Positions 1 to 9,364 of a stretch of 64,000 nt of DNA are shown here, in pieces. The stretch is from Candidatus Limnocylindrales bacterium. GTDB taxonomy: Bacteria; Chloroflexota; Limnocylindria; Limnocylindrales; CSP1-4. Each line of letters opens with the position of its first letter. The first letter of the stretch is position 1. The translations under genes and the position numbers were made by a program. The notes under the pieces were generated by a model, which saw only the letters and a program-made list of their open reading frames with translations, ran no database searches and was not told the DNA's origin. Location: assembly GCA_049520815.1 (NCBI GenBank), contig JBEKPL010000001.1:2847-66846 (forward strand). Direction: 5' to 3'.

Positions 1-1202
1 TCGGCCTCCGGGGTGACGTGGCCGGCCTCGTCAACGCCCCAGAAGGCGTGGAACGTGGGCTCGCCGTCCGGGCCGGCCAGCCCCGGCTCCAGGACCCCGA
101 ACAGGTATTCCACGCCGTCGTCGAGGGCATAGGGGTCGCCTTCGATGTCGAAGAAGAGGTCGCCCGGCCGCGGCTGTGGAAGGCTGGTCAGGCCGCGGTT
201 CGGCTCGAGCGTTCCGTCCGGAAGCCGGCTCGGCGGCAGCAATTCGTACAGCATCCGGCTCTCGTCCTGGCCGCGGACCTGGATCGCGGACTGGTCGCGG
301 GCCGTGGCGAGCGCCACGCTCCCGACGCCCTCGAGTGGCTGCGGCAGTGGCAGCTCCATGGCCGCCAGTCCGCGCCGGGTGGCCACTCCCCGAGCCTTCA
401 GGGCGTGGCGTAGCCGGGTCGGCGCACCGGCCACCAAGGAGAGATCGTCGTCCGCCCGGCGCCGGGCCTGGCACACCAGGTTCCAGCGGCACACGTCGCA
501 GTGTTCCACCGGCTCGGGGTACGTGGCCGCGGGAGGATAGACCGCCGCCGCTCCCCCATCCGCCCGCACGCGGGCCTCGAACGCGGCCTTGACCGTCCTG
601 TAGTAGGCCATGTAGTCGGCGACCCGGTGCCGCTCCACCACCCGCGCGCTCCCACCCAATGCGACGTGCATCGACTCCGGCTCGACACCCTGGATGCGGG
701 TCAGCCCCTCCACGTACGAGCAGATCTGGAGCAGCGCCGAGGCCTTGACGTGGCGGGCCAGCTTGGTGTCCACGACCTCGTAGCTCCACTCCCCGAGAGC
801 GCTGGGCCGCGGCACTCGGAGCAGGAAGTCCGCCAGCCCAAGCCACCGGCCGTCGAAGAACGTGGCCTGGTAGATAGCGTCGTCACCGCGCCGGATCGCA
901 ATCTCCGTCGCCGCCGCGGCCGCCGACAGCCTGGCCAGGCGCCCCGAGACGGGCCCATCGTGATCGCCCGGGTCGATCCGCGTGACGGCTCGCCCGCCGG
1001 CCTCGAGGCCGGCCAGGTATCGAGCTTCGTGCTCGAGGCCGCGCTTCGCTATCAGATCGATCTCGGGATCGAGCCTTGTCGGCCGGTCCACCAGGCCGGC
1101 CATGGCCGCCAGCTCCAGACCCACGAGATGCTCGCAGGCCAGGAAACCGACGAGGTCGGTCGCCGCGAAGACAGACCGACCGCCGATGAGCTGCATCGCC
1201 AT
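1..1202 (-). CDS. RecB-family (PD-(D/E)XK, TM0106-like) putative nuclease; partial, 3' end runs off the window
   Basis: I translated this manually from the minus strand. It is not in the ORF track because no stop lies inside the window. The ATG is at 1202..1200, and the frame stays open to position 1. The translation begins MAMQLIGGRSVFAATDLVGFLACEHLVGLELAA... It contains EVVDTKLARHVKASALLQICSY, a D-x-K nuclease motif, and CDVCRWNLVC, a Cys cluster; together these are typical of the TM0106/Cas4-like RecB nuclease domain. Confidence 0.6.
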   Translation of the reverse strand, partial: MAMQLIGGRSVFAATDLVGFLACEHLVGLELAAMAGLVDRPTRLDPEIDLIAKRGLEHEARYLAGLEAGGRAVTRIDPGDHDGPVSGRLARLSAAAAATEIAIRRGDDAIYQATFFDGRWLGLADFLLRVPRPSALGEWSYEVVDTKLARHVKASALLQICSYVEGLTRIQGVEPESMHVALGGSARVVERHRVADYMAYYRTVKAAFEARVRADGGAAAVYPPAATYPEPVEHCDVCRWNLVCQARRRADDDLSLVAGAPTRLRHALKARGVATRRGLAAMELPLPQPLEGVGSVALATARDQSAIQVRGQDESRMLYELLPPSRLPDGTLEPNRGLTSLPQPRPGDLFFDIEGDPYALDDGVEYLFGVLEPGLAGPDGEPTFHAFWGVDEAGHVTPEA

Positions 1203-1306
1203 CCACCTTAGCAAGAGGCCGTGCCATCACGCGTGTCACTTTGGGCCGCCGATCCGTTCGCGGGCGGGCATCACGCGCGCCTCCATTGCGCGCACCTCGA
1301 TGATCT

Positions 1307-2575
1307 GTGGCACGCTCCGGGCATCAGCCCAGCACCAGGTTCCGTGCCATGACCGAGCCCATCACAACTCGTCCCTCATACCGCGCGCTCCTCGGCGTGC
1401 CCTCCCTGGGCCGGGTGTTGCTCGGGATGCAGATCGCCCGGATCGCCCAATCGATGGTCAGCATCGTGGTGATCCTGCTCGCTCTGCAGCGCTACGGATC
1501 GGCCCCTCTGGCCGGCGGCGTGGCCTTCGCCAGCATCGCGCCCGGCATGCTGGTCAGCCCGATCGCGGGGGCACTGCTCGACCGCCACGGCCGCGTCCGG
1601 CTGATCATCCTGGACTACTCGGTCGCGGCCACCTCGCTGACCCTGATCGCCGTTCTGGCGCTTGCCCAGCAGCTGCCGGCCTGGCTCCTCCTGGCCATCG
1701 CGGCCGTCTCGTCTCTGACCGGCCCCTTGAGCAGCAGCGGCCTGCGGAGCCTCTTCCCGCTCCTCGTCCCCGAGACGCTGTGGGAGCGTGTCAACGCGGT
1801 CGACTCCAACGGCTGGGTGCTGGCCACCTTGGTGGGCGCACCATTGGGCGCCGTGGCTGCCCAGCTGCTCGGCTTCGAGGCGGCTCTGCTGCTGATCGCC
1901 GCCGGCTACTTGGTGGCCGCGGCGGTCATGGTCGGCGCCCCCGACCCCCGCACGGACGTGATCTCGACCGGCAGCCTGCTGCGCGACGCCTGGCTCGGCC
2001 TGGTCTACACCTGGAACAACCGCACCCTTCGAGCCCTGGCCGTCTCCCTCTCGACCATGAACCTGTCCGGCGGCATGATCGAGATCGTCGTCCCGCTGAT
2101 CGTCCTGCGGCGTCTTGGCATGGGGCAGGACGTGGTGGGCTACATGTTCGGGCTGATGGGCGCGTTCGGCGTCGTCTCGGCCTTCCTTTCGGGCCGGCTC
2201 CGGACCCAGGGCCGGGAGAAGCGATTGATCGTCCTGCCGGCGCTGGGCTTCTCTGCCGCGGCCGCGATCCTGCTGTGGCCGGCCGGGCTGCTGCCGGTGG
2301 CCCTGGCCATGGCGCTCGGGGGCGCGGTGAACGGCCCTATGGACATCGCCATGTTCACCCTTCGCCAGCGCCGCACTGACCCGGCTTGGATGGGCCGCGC
2401 CTTCACCGTGTCGATGAATCTCAACTTCTCGGGCTTCCCGATCGGGGCCGCTCTGGCGGGCATCCTGGTGGGCGTCTCCATCGAGACCGCGATCGTCTTC
2501 GGCCTGGTAGCGAACCTGGCGGGCGCCCTGCTGGCGCAGATGCTGATCCCGGGCAGCGAGGAAGTCCAGGAGTAG
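1307..2575 (+). CDS. MFS transporter
   Basis: The ORF encodes 422 aa, about 12 predicted TM helices, and MFS-like composition. An alternative start is at 1349 (MTEPITT). It is divergent from the nuclease gene. Confidence 0.8.
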   Translation: MARSGHQPSTRFRAMTEPITTRPSYRALLGVPSLGRVLLGMQIARIAQSMVSIVVILLALQRYGSAPLAGGVAFASIAPGMLVSPIAGALLDRHGRVRLIILDYSVAATSLTLIAVLALAQQLPAWLLLAIAAVSSLTGPLSSSGLRSLFPLLVPETLWERVNAVDSNGWVLATLVGAPLGAVAAQLLGFEAALLLIAAGYLVAAAVMVGAPDPRTDVISTGSLLRDAWLGLVYTWNNRTLRALAVSLSTMNLSGGMIEIVVPLIVLRRLGMGQDVVGYMFGLMGAFGVVSAFLSGRLRTQGREKRLIVLPALGFSAAAAILLWPAGLLPVALAMALGGAVNGPMDIAMFTLRQRRTDPAWMGRAFTVSMNLNFSGFPIGAALAGILVGVSIETAIVFGLVANLAGALLAQMLIPGSEEVQE

Positions 2576-2646
2576 GCCGAGGCCGGGCACATTCCCGGCC
2601 TGGCGCGCGTACGGTCGAACTGGTTGCCGGTCGGGCCGGCTCGAGA

Positions 2647-5600
2647 CTACGCCTCGGCAGTCTCCGGGGCCAGACCCGCCATCCGCCGCGTTCGTACCTT
2701 GGCGTCCTCGACGAGCGAATACACGACCGGGATGACGATGAGCGTCAGGAAGGTCGAAGTGAAGAGACCGCCGATCACGACCGTGGCCAGCTCCGAGGCG
2801 ATGATCTCGCCCTCGGAAAGACCCAGTCCGAGAGGTATCAGGGCCAGGATCGTGGCGATGGCCGTCATCAAGATCGGCCGGACTCTCGTCCGCCCGCCCT
2901 GCATCAGAGCGTCGTACATCGGCATGCCGCGATGCCTGTGCTGCTCGACCAGGTCCAGCAAGACGATGGCGTTGGTGACCACGATGCCGATCAGCATCAG
3001 GAAGCCGATCAGGGCGGAGACGCCGATGGGGCGTTGGGTCAGGAACAGCGCGGGGAAAGCGCCGATCGTGGCCAGCGGCAAGCTGAACATGATGACCAGC
3101 GGATCCACGAGCGAGTTGAAGACGAGAACCATGACGATGTAGACGAGCAGCACGGCGACCGCCATCGAGAAGAACAGACCGCCGAAGGCCTCGTTCATCT
3201 GCTCGGTGACGCCGCCGAGCTTGACCGTCACGCCGGTCAGCTTGCCATCGGCCTTCAGGCCGTCGATCACGTTCTGGATCTCCGTCGAGACGCCACCGGT
3301 GTCCTGGCTGGTGGTGTCTGCCGAGATAGTCGAGGCGGGCGACAGATCCACGCGGCTCACGCGCGCCTGGTGTTCGGCCGGCGCGACCGTCGCGATGGAG
3401 CCGAGGGGCATCTTGCCGGCACCGACCGGCATCAAGGCCAGGGTTTCGATGGAGGTCAGCTTGGCGTCGATCTGGAGGTACACATCGGTCGGGGATCCGC
3501 CGAGAGCGACGGTGCCGGCCTTGGTCCCGACGAGGGCGTTGTAGACCTCCCCCTGAACCTGGGCCGTGCTGGTGCCATCGAGGATCGCCTTGTTCGGATC
3601 GACGTTGATGTCGTATTGGGTGGTCTGGGTGGCGAGGTCGCTCTTGACGTTGAGCAGATCCGGCTGCTTCTTGAGCTCGGCCATCACGAGGGTCGTGGCT
3701 TTCTCGACGTCGGCGATCTTCGGTCCGCTCACGACAACGCTGATCGAGCTGCTGCCGGTCAGACTGTTCTGAGCGACCTGGATCTGCCAGCCGTCCTGCT
3801 GGAGCTTGACCAGCTCATCGGACAGCTTCTTCTGCTCGGTATCGAGGTTCGTGCCCTTGTCCAGGCCGACCACGATCGTAGCGGCGTTGGCCGATCCGCC
3901 GGTGAAGGCGGCGGCAAGCGCCGAGAGGCCGGTGTCGGCTTCGCTGGGAACGGTGGTTTCGATGAGCTTGACTTCGGCGTAGCTCTTGAGCTTGTCCTGA
4001 ACGGCCCTCGCCTGGTCGAGCACGACCGAAGATGGCGTGCCCGAGGGCGGGGCTACCGTGATCGTGAGCTGCTTCTCCGACCCGGCGTTGAGGAACTGGG
4101 TGGGGATGTACGGAAGGAGCAAGCCGGCACCGACGACCAGGGCCGCGGCGATGCCGATCACGCCCCAGCGGCTGCGGCGGTTGTGGAGGGCGGCCTTCAG
4201 GAGCGGGGTGTAGATCCTCTGGACGAGCGTTTCGTGATGCTGCGGTCCCTCGTCGGGATTGAGCTTGATGCGATCGATGAACAGGCTGGCCAGGACCGGG
4301 ACGACGGTCAACGCGCAGATGAGCGAGGCCAGCAGGGCGAAGGTCACGGTCAGGGCAAAGGGCAGGAAGAACTGGCTGACGATGCCGCCGACGAAGCCGA
4401 GCGGCAGGAAGACGGCAACCGTGGTCAGCGTGGAGCTGGTGATGGCGCTGGCGACCTCACGCGTGCCTGATATGCAGGCCTCACGCATCGGATCGCCCTT
4501 GCCACGGTGTCTGTAGATGTTCTCCAGGACGACGATGGCGTCGTCGACAACCCGGCCGACGGCTATCGCCAATCCGCCCAGGGTCATGATGTTGATCGTG
4601 ACGCCGAACCCGAGCATCAGCGTCAAGGCGGTCATGATCGAGACGGGGATGCTCACGGCGGCGACCAACGTCGAACGCAGGCTGAGCAGAAAGAAGAAGA
4701 TCGTCAGCACCGCGAAGATGGCGCCTAGCCCGCCTTCACGAACCAGGCTGTCGCGCGACTCGATGATGAACGACGACGAATCCGAGACGATGTCGATCTC
4801 GAAGCTGTCGTGGTTCTGGGTCTTGAGTTCCTCCAGCTTCGCCAGGGCCGCCTGGACAACACTGACCGTGTTGGCGTCGGTGGTCTTTGTAACGCTGATG
4901 ACCAGCGAGGGCGAGGCGCCGCCGTGCTGCGGGTCCTTGTTTAGCTCCGCGTAGCCGGTCGGATTGACGGCGACTCGCTCGACCGTGCCGAGGTCGCCGA
5001 GGGTGATTGGCGTGGGGACGGTGGCAGTCGATCCCGCAGCCGGCATCTTCGCACCCACTGCCAGAGACAGAAGCTCGTCCTTGCTGCCGAGAACGAGCTG
5101 GTGCTGGGCCGAGACGGGGATGGAGATCGTTGTGCCATCGGCCTTGGTGATCGGCAGTGATCCGGCGGGCAGGATCAGGTTGTTGGCCGCAAGCACGCCC
5201 TGGATCTGGCTGATCGAGACGCCGTTGGCCGCCAGCTTGGCCGGGTCGAGCTTGACGACGAGGCGGTACTGCGTGGCGCCGGTGAGATCGACCTTGCTCA
5301 CGCCGTCCAGACCCTGGAGCGCCGGCACGATGCCTGAAGAAGCCAGCGCGTTCAGCTGATCGGGCGTCGTGGACCCGGTGCCCTTGATGGCCACCATCAG
5401 CGAGGGGAAGGCGTTGATGTCGAACGATTGGATGCTCGATGTGGACGTCAACCCGAGCGCCTTTACGTTCGTGTCGATGGCGGCCGTCGTCTCCTTGATG
5501 TTCGTGCCGTAGGAGAAGGTCGCGACCACGATCGAAAGGCTGTTGACGGAGCTCGAGTTGATGTGCTTCAACCGGGAGATGCTGCCGAGTGAGCGCTCGA

Positions 5601-5802
5601 CCGGCTGGGTTACCTGCGTCGAGACATCCTGGGCGCTGGCGCCCGGACTCGGCGTGATGACGACGACCAGCGGGAACTGGATGTCCGGCAGCAGCTCCTG
5701 CTTGAGCTGGAACCACGAGAAGAGACCGCCGATCAAGAGGCCGAGCGTGATCAGCACGGTAACGCTGCGCTTGGCGATGGCTAGCTGGGTAAGTCGGATC
5801 AC
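2647..5802 (-). CDS. RND superfamily efflux transporter permease (AcrB/HAE-like, 1051 aa)
   Basis: It has the 12-TM, two-large-loop RND architecture. The N-terminus MIRLTQLAIAKRSVTVLITLGLL is typical of RND permeases. It lies downstream of a MarR gene. Confidence 0.85.
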   Translation of the reverse strand: MIRLTQLAIAKRSVTVLITLGLLIGGLFSWFQLKQELLPDIQFPLVVVITPSPGASAQDVSTQVTQPVERSLGSISRLKHINSSSVNSLSIVVATFSYGTNIKETTAAIDTNVKALGLTSTSSIQSFDINAFPSLMVAIKGTGSTTPDQLNALASSGIVPALQGLDGVSKVDLTGATQYRLVVKLDPAKLAANGVSISQIQGVLAANNLILPAGSLPITKADGTTISIPVSAQHQLVLGSKDELLSLAVGAKMPAAGSTATVPTPITLGDLGTVERVAVNPTGYAELNKDPQHGGASPSLVISVTKTTDANTVSVVQAALAKLEELKTQNHDSFEIDIVSDSSSFIIESRDSLVREGGLGAIFAVLTIFFFLLSLRSTLVAAVSIPVSIMTALTLMLGFGVTINIMTLGGLAIAVGRVVDDAIVVLENIYRHRGKGDPMREACISGTREVASAITSSTLTTVAVFLPLGFVGGIVSQFFLPFALTVTFALLASLICALTVVPVLASLFIDRIKLNPDEGPQHHETLVQRIYTPLLKAALHNRRSRWGVIGIAAALVVGAGLLLPYIPTQFLNAGSEKQLTITVAPPSGTPSSVVLDQARAVQDKLKSYAEVKLIETTVPSEADTGLSALAAAFTGGSANAATIVVGLDKGTNLDTEQKKLSDELVKLQQDGWQIQVAQNSLTGSSSISVVVSGPKIADVEKATTLVMAELKKQPDLLNVKSDLATQTTQYDINVDPNKAILDGTSTAQVQGEVYNALVGTKAGTVALGGSPTDVYLQIDAKLTSIETLALMPVGAGKMPLGSIATVAPAEHQARVSRVDLSPASTISADTTSQDTGGVSTEIQNVIDGLKADGKLTGVTVKLGGVTEQMNEAFGGLFFSMAVAVLLVYIVMVLVFNSLVDPLVIMFSLPLATIGAFPALFLTQRPIGVSALIGFLMLIGIVVTNAIVLLDLVEQHRHRGMPMYDALMQGGRTRVRPILMTAIATILALIPLGLGLSEGEIIASELATVVIGGLFTSTFLTLIVIPVVYSLVEDAKVRTRRMAGLAPETAEA

Positions 5803-5937
5803 CAGTGGCTCCTTGGCACGGTCAGGTTGGGCAGCTCGATGGAACGTTTGACAGGGCGGGGCGCGCTGAGTTGGATCCGCCGCACGTTCGCGGGGACCGG
5901 CTCCCGATTTCTACGACTCGCGCCGAAACCCCAATGT

Positions 5938-6387
5938 TCACGTCATCCTCGATTTCGTGCGCTCGAGGACGATCGATATCAGGCGAGCGAGCTCCCTCAG
6001 CTCGTCCTCGCTCAGCACGCCGAGGGTCCGGCGCAGCACGTCGCGGTGCATTCCGGCGATCTCCTCCAGGAGCTCGCGGCCGGCCGCGGTCAGCTGGCAC
6101 TCGACGACGCGACGGTCGTCGACGCGATGCCGCCGTTCCACCAGGCCGTGGCGTTCGACCCGTTCAACCGTCCCGCTGGCCGTCGGCAGGCCGACGCCGA
6201 GCCACTCGGCGATGCGGCTCATCGGCGATGCCCCGTGCTTGCTCAGCAGGAACAGGAGCCGCATCTGCCCGAACGTGAGCTCCTGCGCGGCCCACTCGGG
6301 CACCTCGGGATCCTGCTCCTCCCACAAGCAGCCCAGGGCCTCGACGACGGCATCGACACTCGTGTTGCCGCCCGATGGTTCGCTCAC
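5938..6387 (-). CDS. MarR family transcriptional regulator
   Basis: This is a 149-aa winged-HTH protein (…LTFGQMRLLFLLSKHGASPMSRIAEWLGV…). It sits immediately upstream of, and on the same strand as, the RND permease. Confidence 0.8.
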   Translation of the reverse strand: MSEPSGGNTSVDAVVEALGCLWEEQDPEVPEWAAQELTFGQMRLLFLLSKHGASPMSRIAEWLGVGLPTASGTVERVERHGLVERRHRVDDRRVVECQLTAAGRELLEEIAGMHRDVLRRTLGVLSEDELRELARLISIVLERTKSRMT

Positions 6388-6544
6388 AGGCGAACTGTAT
6401 CACGTCCGGCGAATAGCTCCGCATCATGCGAATGAAGTAGCCCGGGCGGTAGCGGAAGCGGAGGCCGCGGCGTGGCGACAATCCCCGTCGCAGGGTTGGA
6501 CCTTCTGCTTGCGAAGGCCCGTCCCCTTGCCGCAGACTCCGGCG

Positions 6545-7219
6545 ATGGGCGAAGGCGGCGAAGTCGGTAAGCAGCGCGCCCTCGGAGCCGGCGCGTACGG
6601 CCGCATCGGCCTGCACTTCTACGACGCCGGGGTGCTTGGTGCATCGAATCTGCTGCTGTGGCGCTGCCCCAGCGCCCGCATCCTGGCGCAGTACCAGGCA
6701 AGCGTCTCCGCGAATCATCTCGACGTGGGCGTTGGAACCGGCTACTTCCTGGATAAGGTCCGGTTCCCGTCACCGGCTCCGCGCCTTGGCCTGATGGACC
6801 TCAACGGCAACAGCCTGGTGCACACCGCCCGGCGGCTGATCCGCTACGCCCCGGAGCTCTACCGGGCCGACGTGCTGAAGCCGATCGCGACGCAGATCGA
6901 ACCTTTCGATTCGATCGGCCTCAACTACCTGCTGCACTGCCTGCCCGGGCCGATGGACTCGAAGGCGGCGGCCTTCGACAACCTCCGGCCGTTGCTTCGG
7001 CCGGGCGGCACGTTCTTCGGCGGGACGGTGCTGCGGCACGGCATCTCCCTGCCGCCGCAGGCCCGAGTCTTCATGGCCGCGTACAACGCCATGGGGATCT
7101 TCGGCAACGGCCGCGACAGCCTCGACGGCCTGCGGGCCTCGCTCGAGGCCCGCTTCGTGGATGTGGAGATAGCTACTCACGGATGCGTGGCGCTGTTCCG
7201 GGCCACGGCCGCCGGCTGA
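6545..7219 (+). CDS. class I SAM-dependent methyltransferase
   Basis: Motif I is LDVGVGTGYFLD. The long ORF 5957..7219 overlaps marR on the opposite strand. The first ATG after marR is at 6545 (MGEGGEV…), so the start is uncertain. Confidence 0.55.
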   Translation: MGEGGEVGKQRALGAGAYGRIGLHFYDAGVLGASNLLLWRCPSARILAQYQASVSANHLDVGVGTGYFLDKVRFPSPAPRLGLMDLNGNSLVHTARRLIRYAPELYRADVLKPIATQIEPFDSIGLNYLLHCLPGPMDSKAAAFDNLRPLLRPGGTFFGGTVLRHGISLPPQARVFMAAYNAMGIFGNGRDSLDGLRASLEARFVDVEIATHGCVALFRATAAG

Positions 7220-7228
7220 TCTCGCCCT

Positions 7229-9211
7229 TCAGGCCTCGCGTCGGTAGGGCGAGTCCAGGACCACGAATTCCTTGCGCCCCACCAGCGCCGCGCGGATGCG
7301 ATGCACGTTCTGGTTGTACAGCATGCGGTCCCACCAGTGGCGCGGCAGGTGCTCGGGCAGCAGCACGACGGTGACACGGCCCGGGTCCTCGGCCTGCGAA
7401 ACCTCCAGGTACCGCACGAACGGCCGGACGAGGGCTCGGTAGGGCGACTCCACGAGCACCACCCGGACGCCCGGCAGCTGGCGCTCTAGGCGCTCGCGGA
7501 ACCGCTCGCCTTCGATCGGGTCGATCGTGACGTGAACAACCTGGACTTCTTCGCCCATCGTCTCACCGACCTTGACGGCCTGGACCACGGCCCGGCTCAT
7601 GGCCTGAGCCGCGACCACGACCCGCTGGCGGCGGTGCGGCGGTCCGAACACCAGGTCCGGCTGGACCTCTAGGCCGATCTCCTCCTGGTCGTACTCGTGC
7701 TTGATGAAAAGCATCAGCAGAACCAGGATCGGGACGACGATGATGATGATCCACGCACCCTCTGTGAATTTGGTGGTGATCTGGACGACGACTACGACTG
7801 CAGTAACGCAGGCACCGACCCCGTTGATGAGAGCGCTGCGACGCCAGCCCGGTCCCCGCTCCTTGAACCAGTGGCGGACCATGCCGGACTGCGACAGGGT
7901 GAACGAGGAGAACACGCCGATCGCGTAGAGCGGGATCAGGCTGTTGACGTTGCCCTGGAAGGCGACTACGAGGGCGATCGAAACGCCCGCCAGGACGATA
8001 ATCCCGGAGTTGAAGGCGAGTCGCTCCCCCCGTAAGGCGAACTGACGTGGGAAGAAGCCATCGCGAGAGAGGATTGAGGAGAGGCGAGGGAAGTCGGCGA
8101 ATGACGTCTGCGCCGCCAGCACCAGGATCCCCATCGTTGAGAAGATGAGAACGTAGTAAAGCGGGCTGCGGCCCCAGAAGACCGCCGCGCCGATCTGGCT
8201 GAGGATCGAGTCGCCGGTCGCGGAGGGATGCGCTCCGGTCACCCCAACCAGGAAGCTCATGCCCAGGAACATCGTGCCGAGCAGTGCCGCCATGGCGAGC
8301 ATGGTCTTCTGAGCGTTCTTCCACTCGGGGGGCTTGAAGGCCGGCACGCCGTTGGCGACCGCCTCGGTTCCGGTCATGGCCGAGCAGCCGTCCGCAAAGG
8401 CGCGGCATAGGAGGAAGACCGTCAGGCTCTGGCCCATCCCGGGCAACATCGCCTCCAACGGCGCTCGCGGCGTGTCGCCCAAGAGAATGCGGACGATCCC
8501 CAACCCGATCATCAGAAGCATGCTGCCCAGGAAGATGTAGGTGGGGCTGGCGAAGACCGTCCCGCTTTCGCGCAGGCCGCGTAGGTTGACCGCCATCACC
8601 AGCATGATGAAGGCGACGATGATCTGGACCTTGTAAGGGTCGAGAACGGTGAGAGCCGAGGCCAGGTTGTAGACGCCAGACGAGACGCTCACCGCGACAG
8701 TCAGGACGTAGTCGACCAGGAGCGACGACGCGGCGATGAGCCCGGGCAGCACGCCCAGGTTGGTGTGAGCAACGATGTAGCTGCCTCCGCCGTTGGGATA
8801 GGCGCGGATTGTCTGACGGTAGCTGAATGTGACCAGGAGCAGCAGACCAACGATGAGGAATGAGATCGGCATCAGGTAGCCATACGCGCTCGCACCGACA
8901 ACCGCGAGCGTAAACAGGCTCGCCTCGGCGGCGTAGGCAACCGACGACATCACGTCCGAGGAGAAGACCGGCAGGGCCTTCCACTTCGGCAGCCGCTCCG
9001 TCAGGTCCGCAGCAGAGGACAGCGGGCTGCCGAAAAGGAGAGCGCTGATCCTGGCCCGGCGCCTGCCCCACTCGGTCCGCGGGGCCTGGGCCTCCAGCTT
9101 GGCTTCGAGGACCCCGGGGGCGATGTATCGGAAGTAGCGGGCGTGGGGACGGTCGACTACGACGCGGCGGTCGCCAAGCTTGCGGCCCCGAAGGGACCGT
9201 TGTTCAGCCAT
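7229..9211 (-). CDS. APC-superfamily permease with cytoplasmic C-terminal domain (KimA/YdaO-like; putative K+ or amino-acid transporter)
   Basis: The 660-aa product has 12 TM helices plus a ~150-aa soluble C-terminal domain. An N-terminal FSSDVMSSVAYAAEA motif is recalled from KimA-type APC transporters. It is divergent from the kdp sensor-kinase gene. Confidence 0.7.
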   Translation of the reverse strand: MAEQRSLRGRKLGDRRVVVDRPHARYFRYIAPGVLEAKLEAQAPRTEWGRRRARISALLFGSPLSSAADLTERLPKWKALPVFSSDVMSSVAYAAEASLFTLAVVGASAYGYLMPISFLIVGLLLLVTFSYRQTIRAYPNGGGSYIVAHTNLGVLPGLIAASSLLVDYVLTVAVSVSSGVYNLASALTVLDPYKVQIIVAFIMLVMAVNLRGLRESGTVFASPTYIFLGSMLLMIGLGIVRILLGDTPRAPLEAMLPGMGQSLTVFLLCRAFADGCSAMTGTEAVANGVPAFKPPEWKNAQKTMLAMAALLGTMFLGMSFLVGVTGAHPSATGDSILSQIGAAVFWGRSPLYYVLIFSTMGILVLAAQTSFADFPRLSSILSRDGFFPRQFALRGERLAFNSGIIVLAGVSIALVVAFQGNVNSLIPLYAIGVFSSFTLSQSGMVRHWFKERGPGWRRSALINGVGACVTAVVVVVQITTKFTEGAWIIIIVVPILVLLMLFIKHEYDQEEIGLEVQPDLVFGPPHRRQRVVVAAQAMSRAVVQAVKVGETMGEEVQVVHVTIDPIEGERFRERLERQLPGVRVVLVESPYRALVRPFVRYLEVSQAEDPGRVTVVLLPEHLPRHWWDRMLYNQNVHRIRAALVGRKEFVVLDSPYRREA

Positions 9212-9364
9212 CGGCGGTGGATTCCCTCGCGATCACGATGTCGACCTTACCACCGGGCCGGACGACGGTGGGACTCCCGGCGGCGTCGCGGCGCTCAACA
9301 TCCGCTCAACACACCGCGAGGCATCACGAAGCATTCCGGCTGCCACGGGGCTACGATCGTGGCG

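Noticed and set aside
1376-2590. 404-aa minus-strand ORF opposite the MFS transporter gene
   Set aside because: Its composition is Arg/Gly/Asp/Gln-rich low-complexity (HGEGAAHPSRV…) with no TM or domain features. It is a typical antisense open frame in high-GC DNA, and the plus-strand MFS gene explains the region.
2386-4470. 694-aa plus-strand ORF inside the RND permease gene
   Set aside because: It is antisense to a clearly real 1051-aa RND gene. The translation is Arg/Asp/Gly-rich nonsense.
4736-5716. 326-aa minus-strand ORF in a different frame within the RND gene
   Set aside because: It is a wrong-frame overlap of the RND CDS. The product is Arg/Pro/Gly-rich with no motif.
7563-9071. 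502-aa minus-strand alternative-frame ORF over the APC permease gene
   Set aside because: It is in a different frame from the 660-aa permease, which has coherent TM helices. The product is Arg/Pro-rich noise.
9212-9364. Possible ydaO/c-di-AMP riboswitch in the 5'-UTR of the KimA-like permease
   Set aside because: I could not recognise the ydaO consensus elements by eye. It is recorded only as something to scan with a covariance model.
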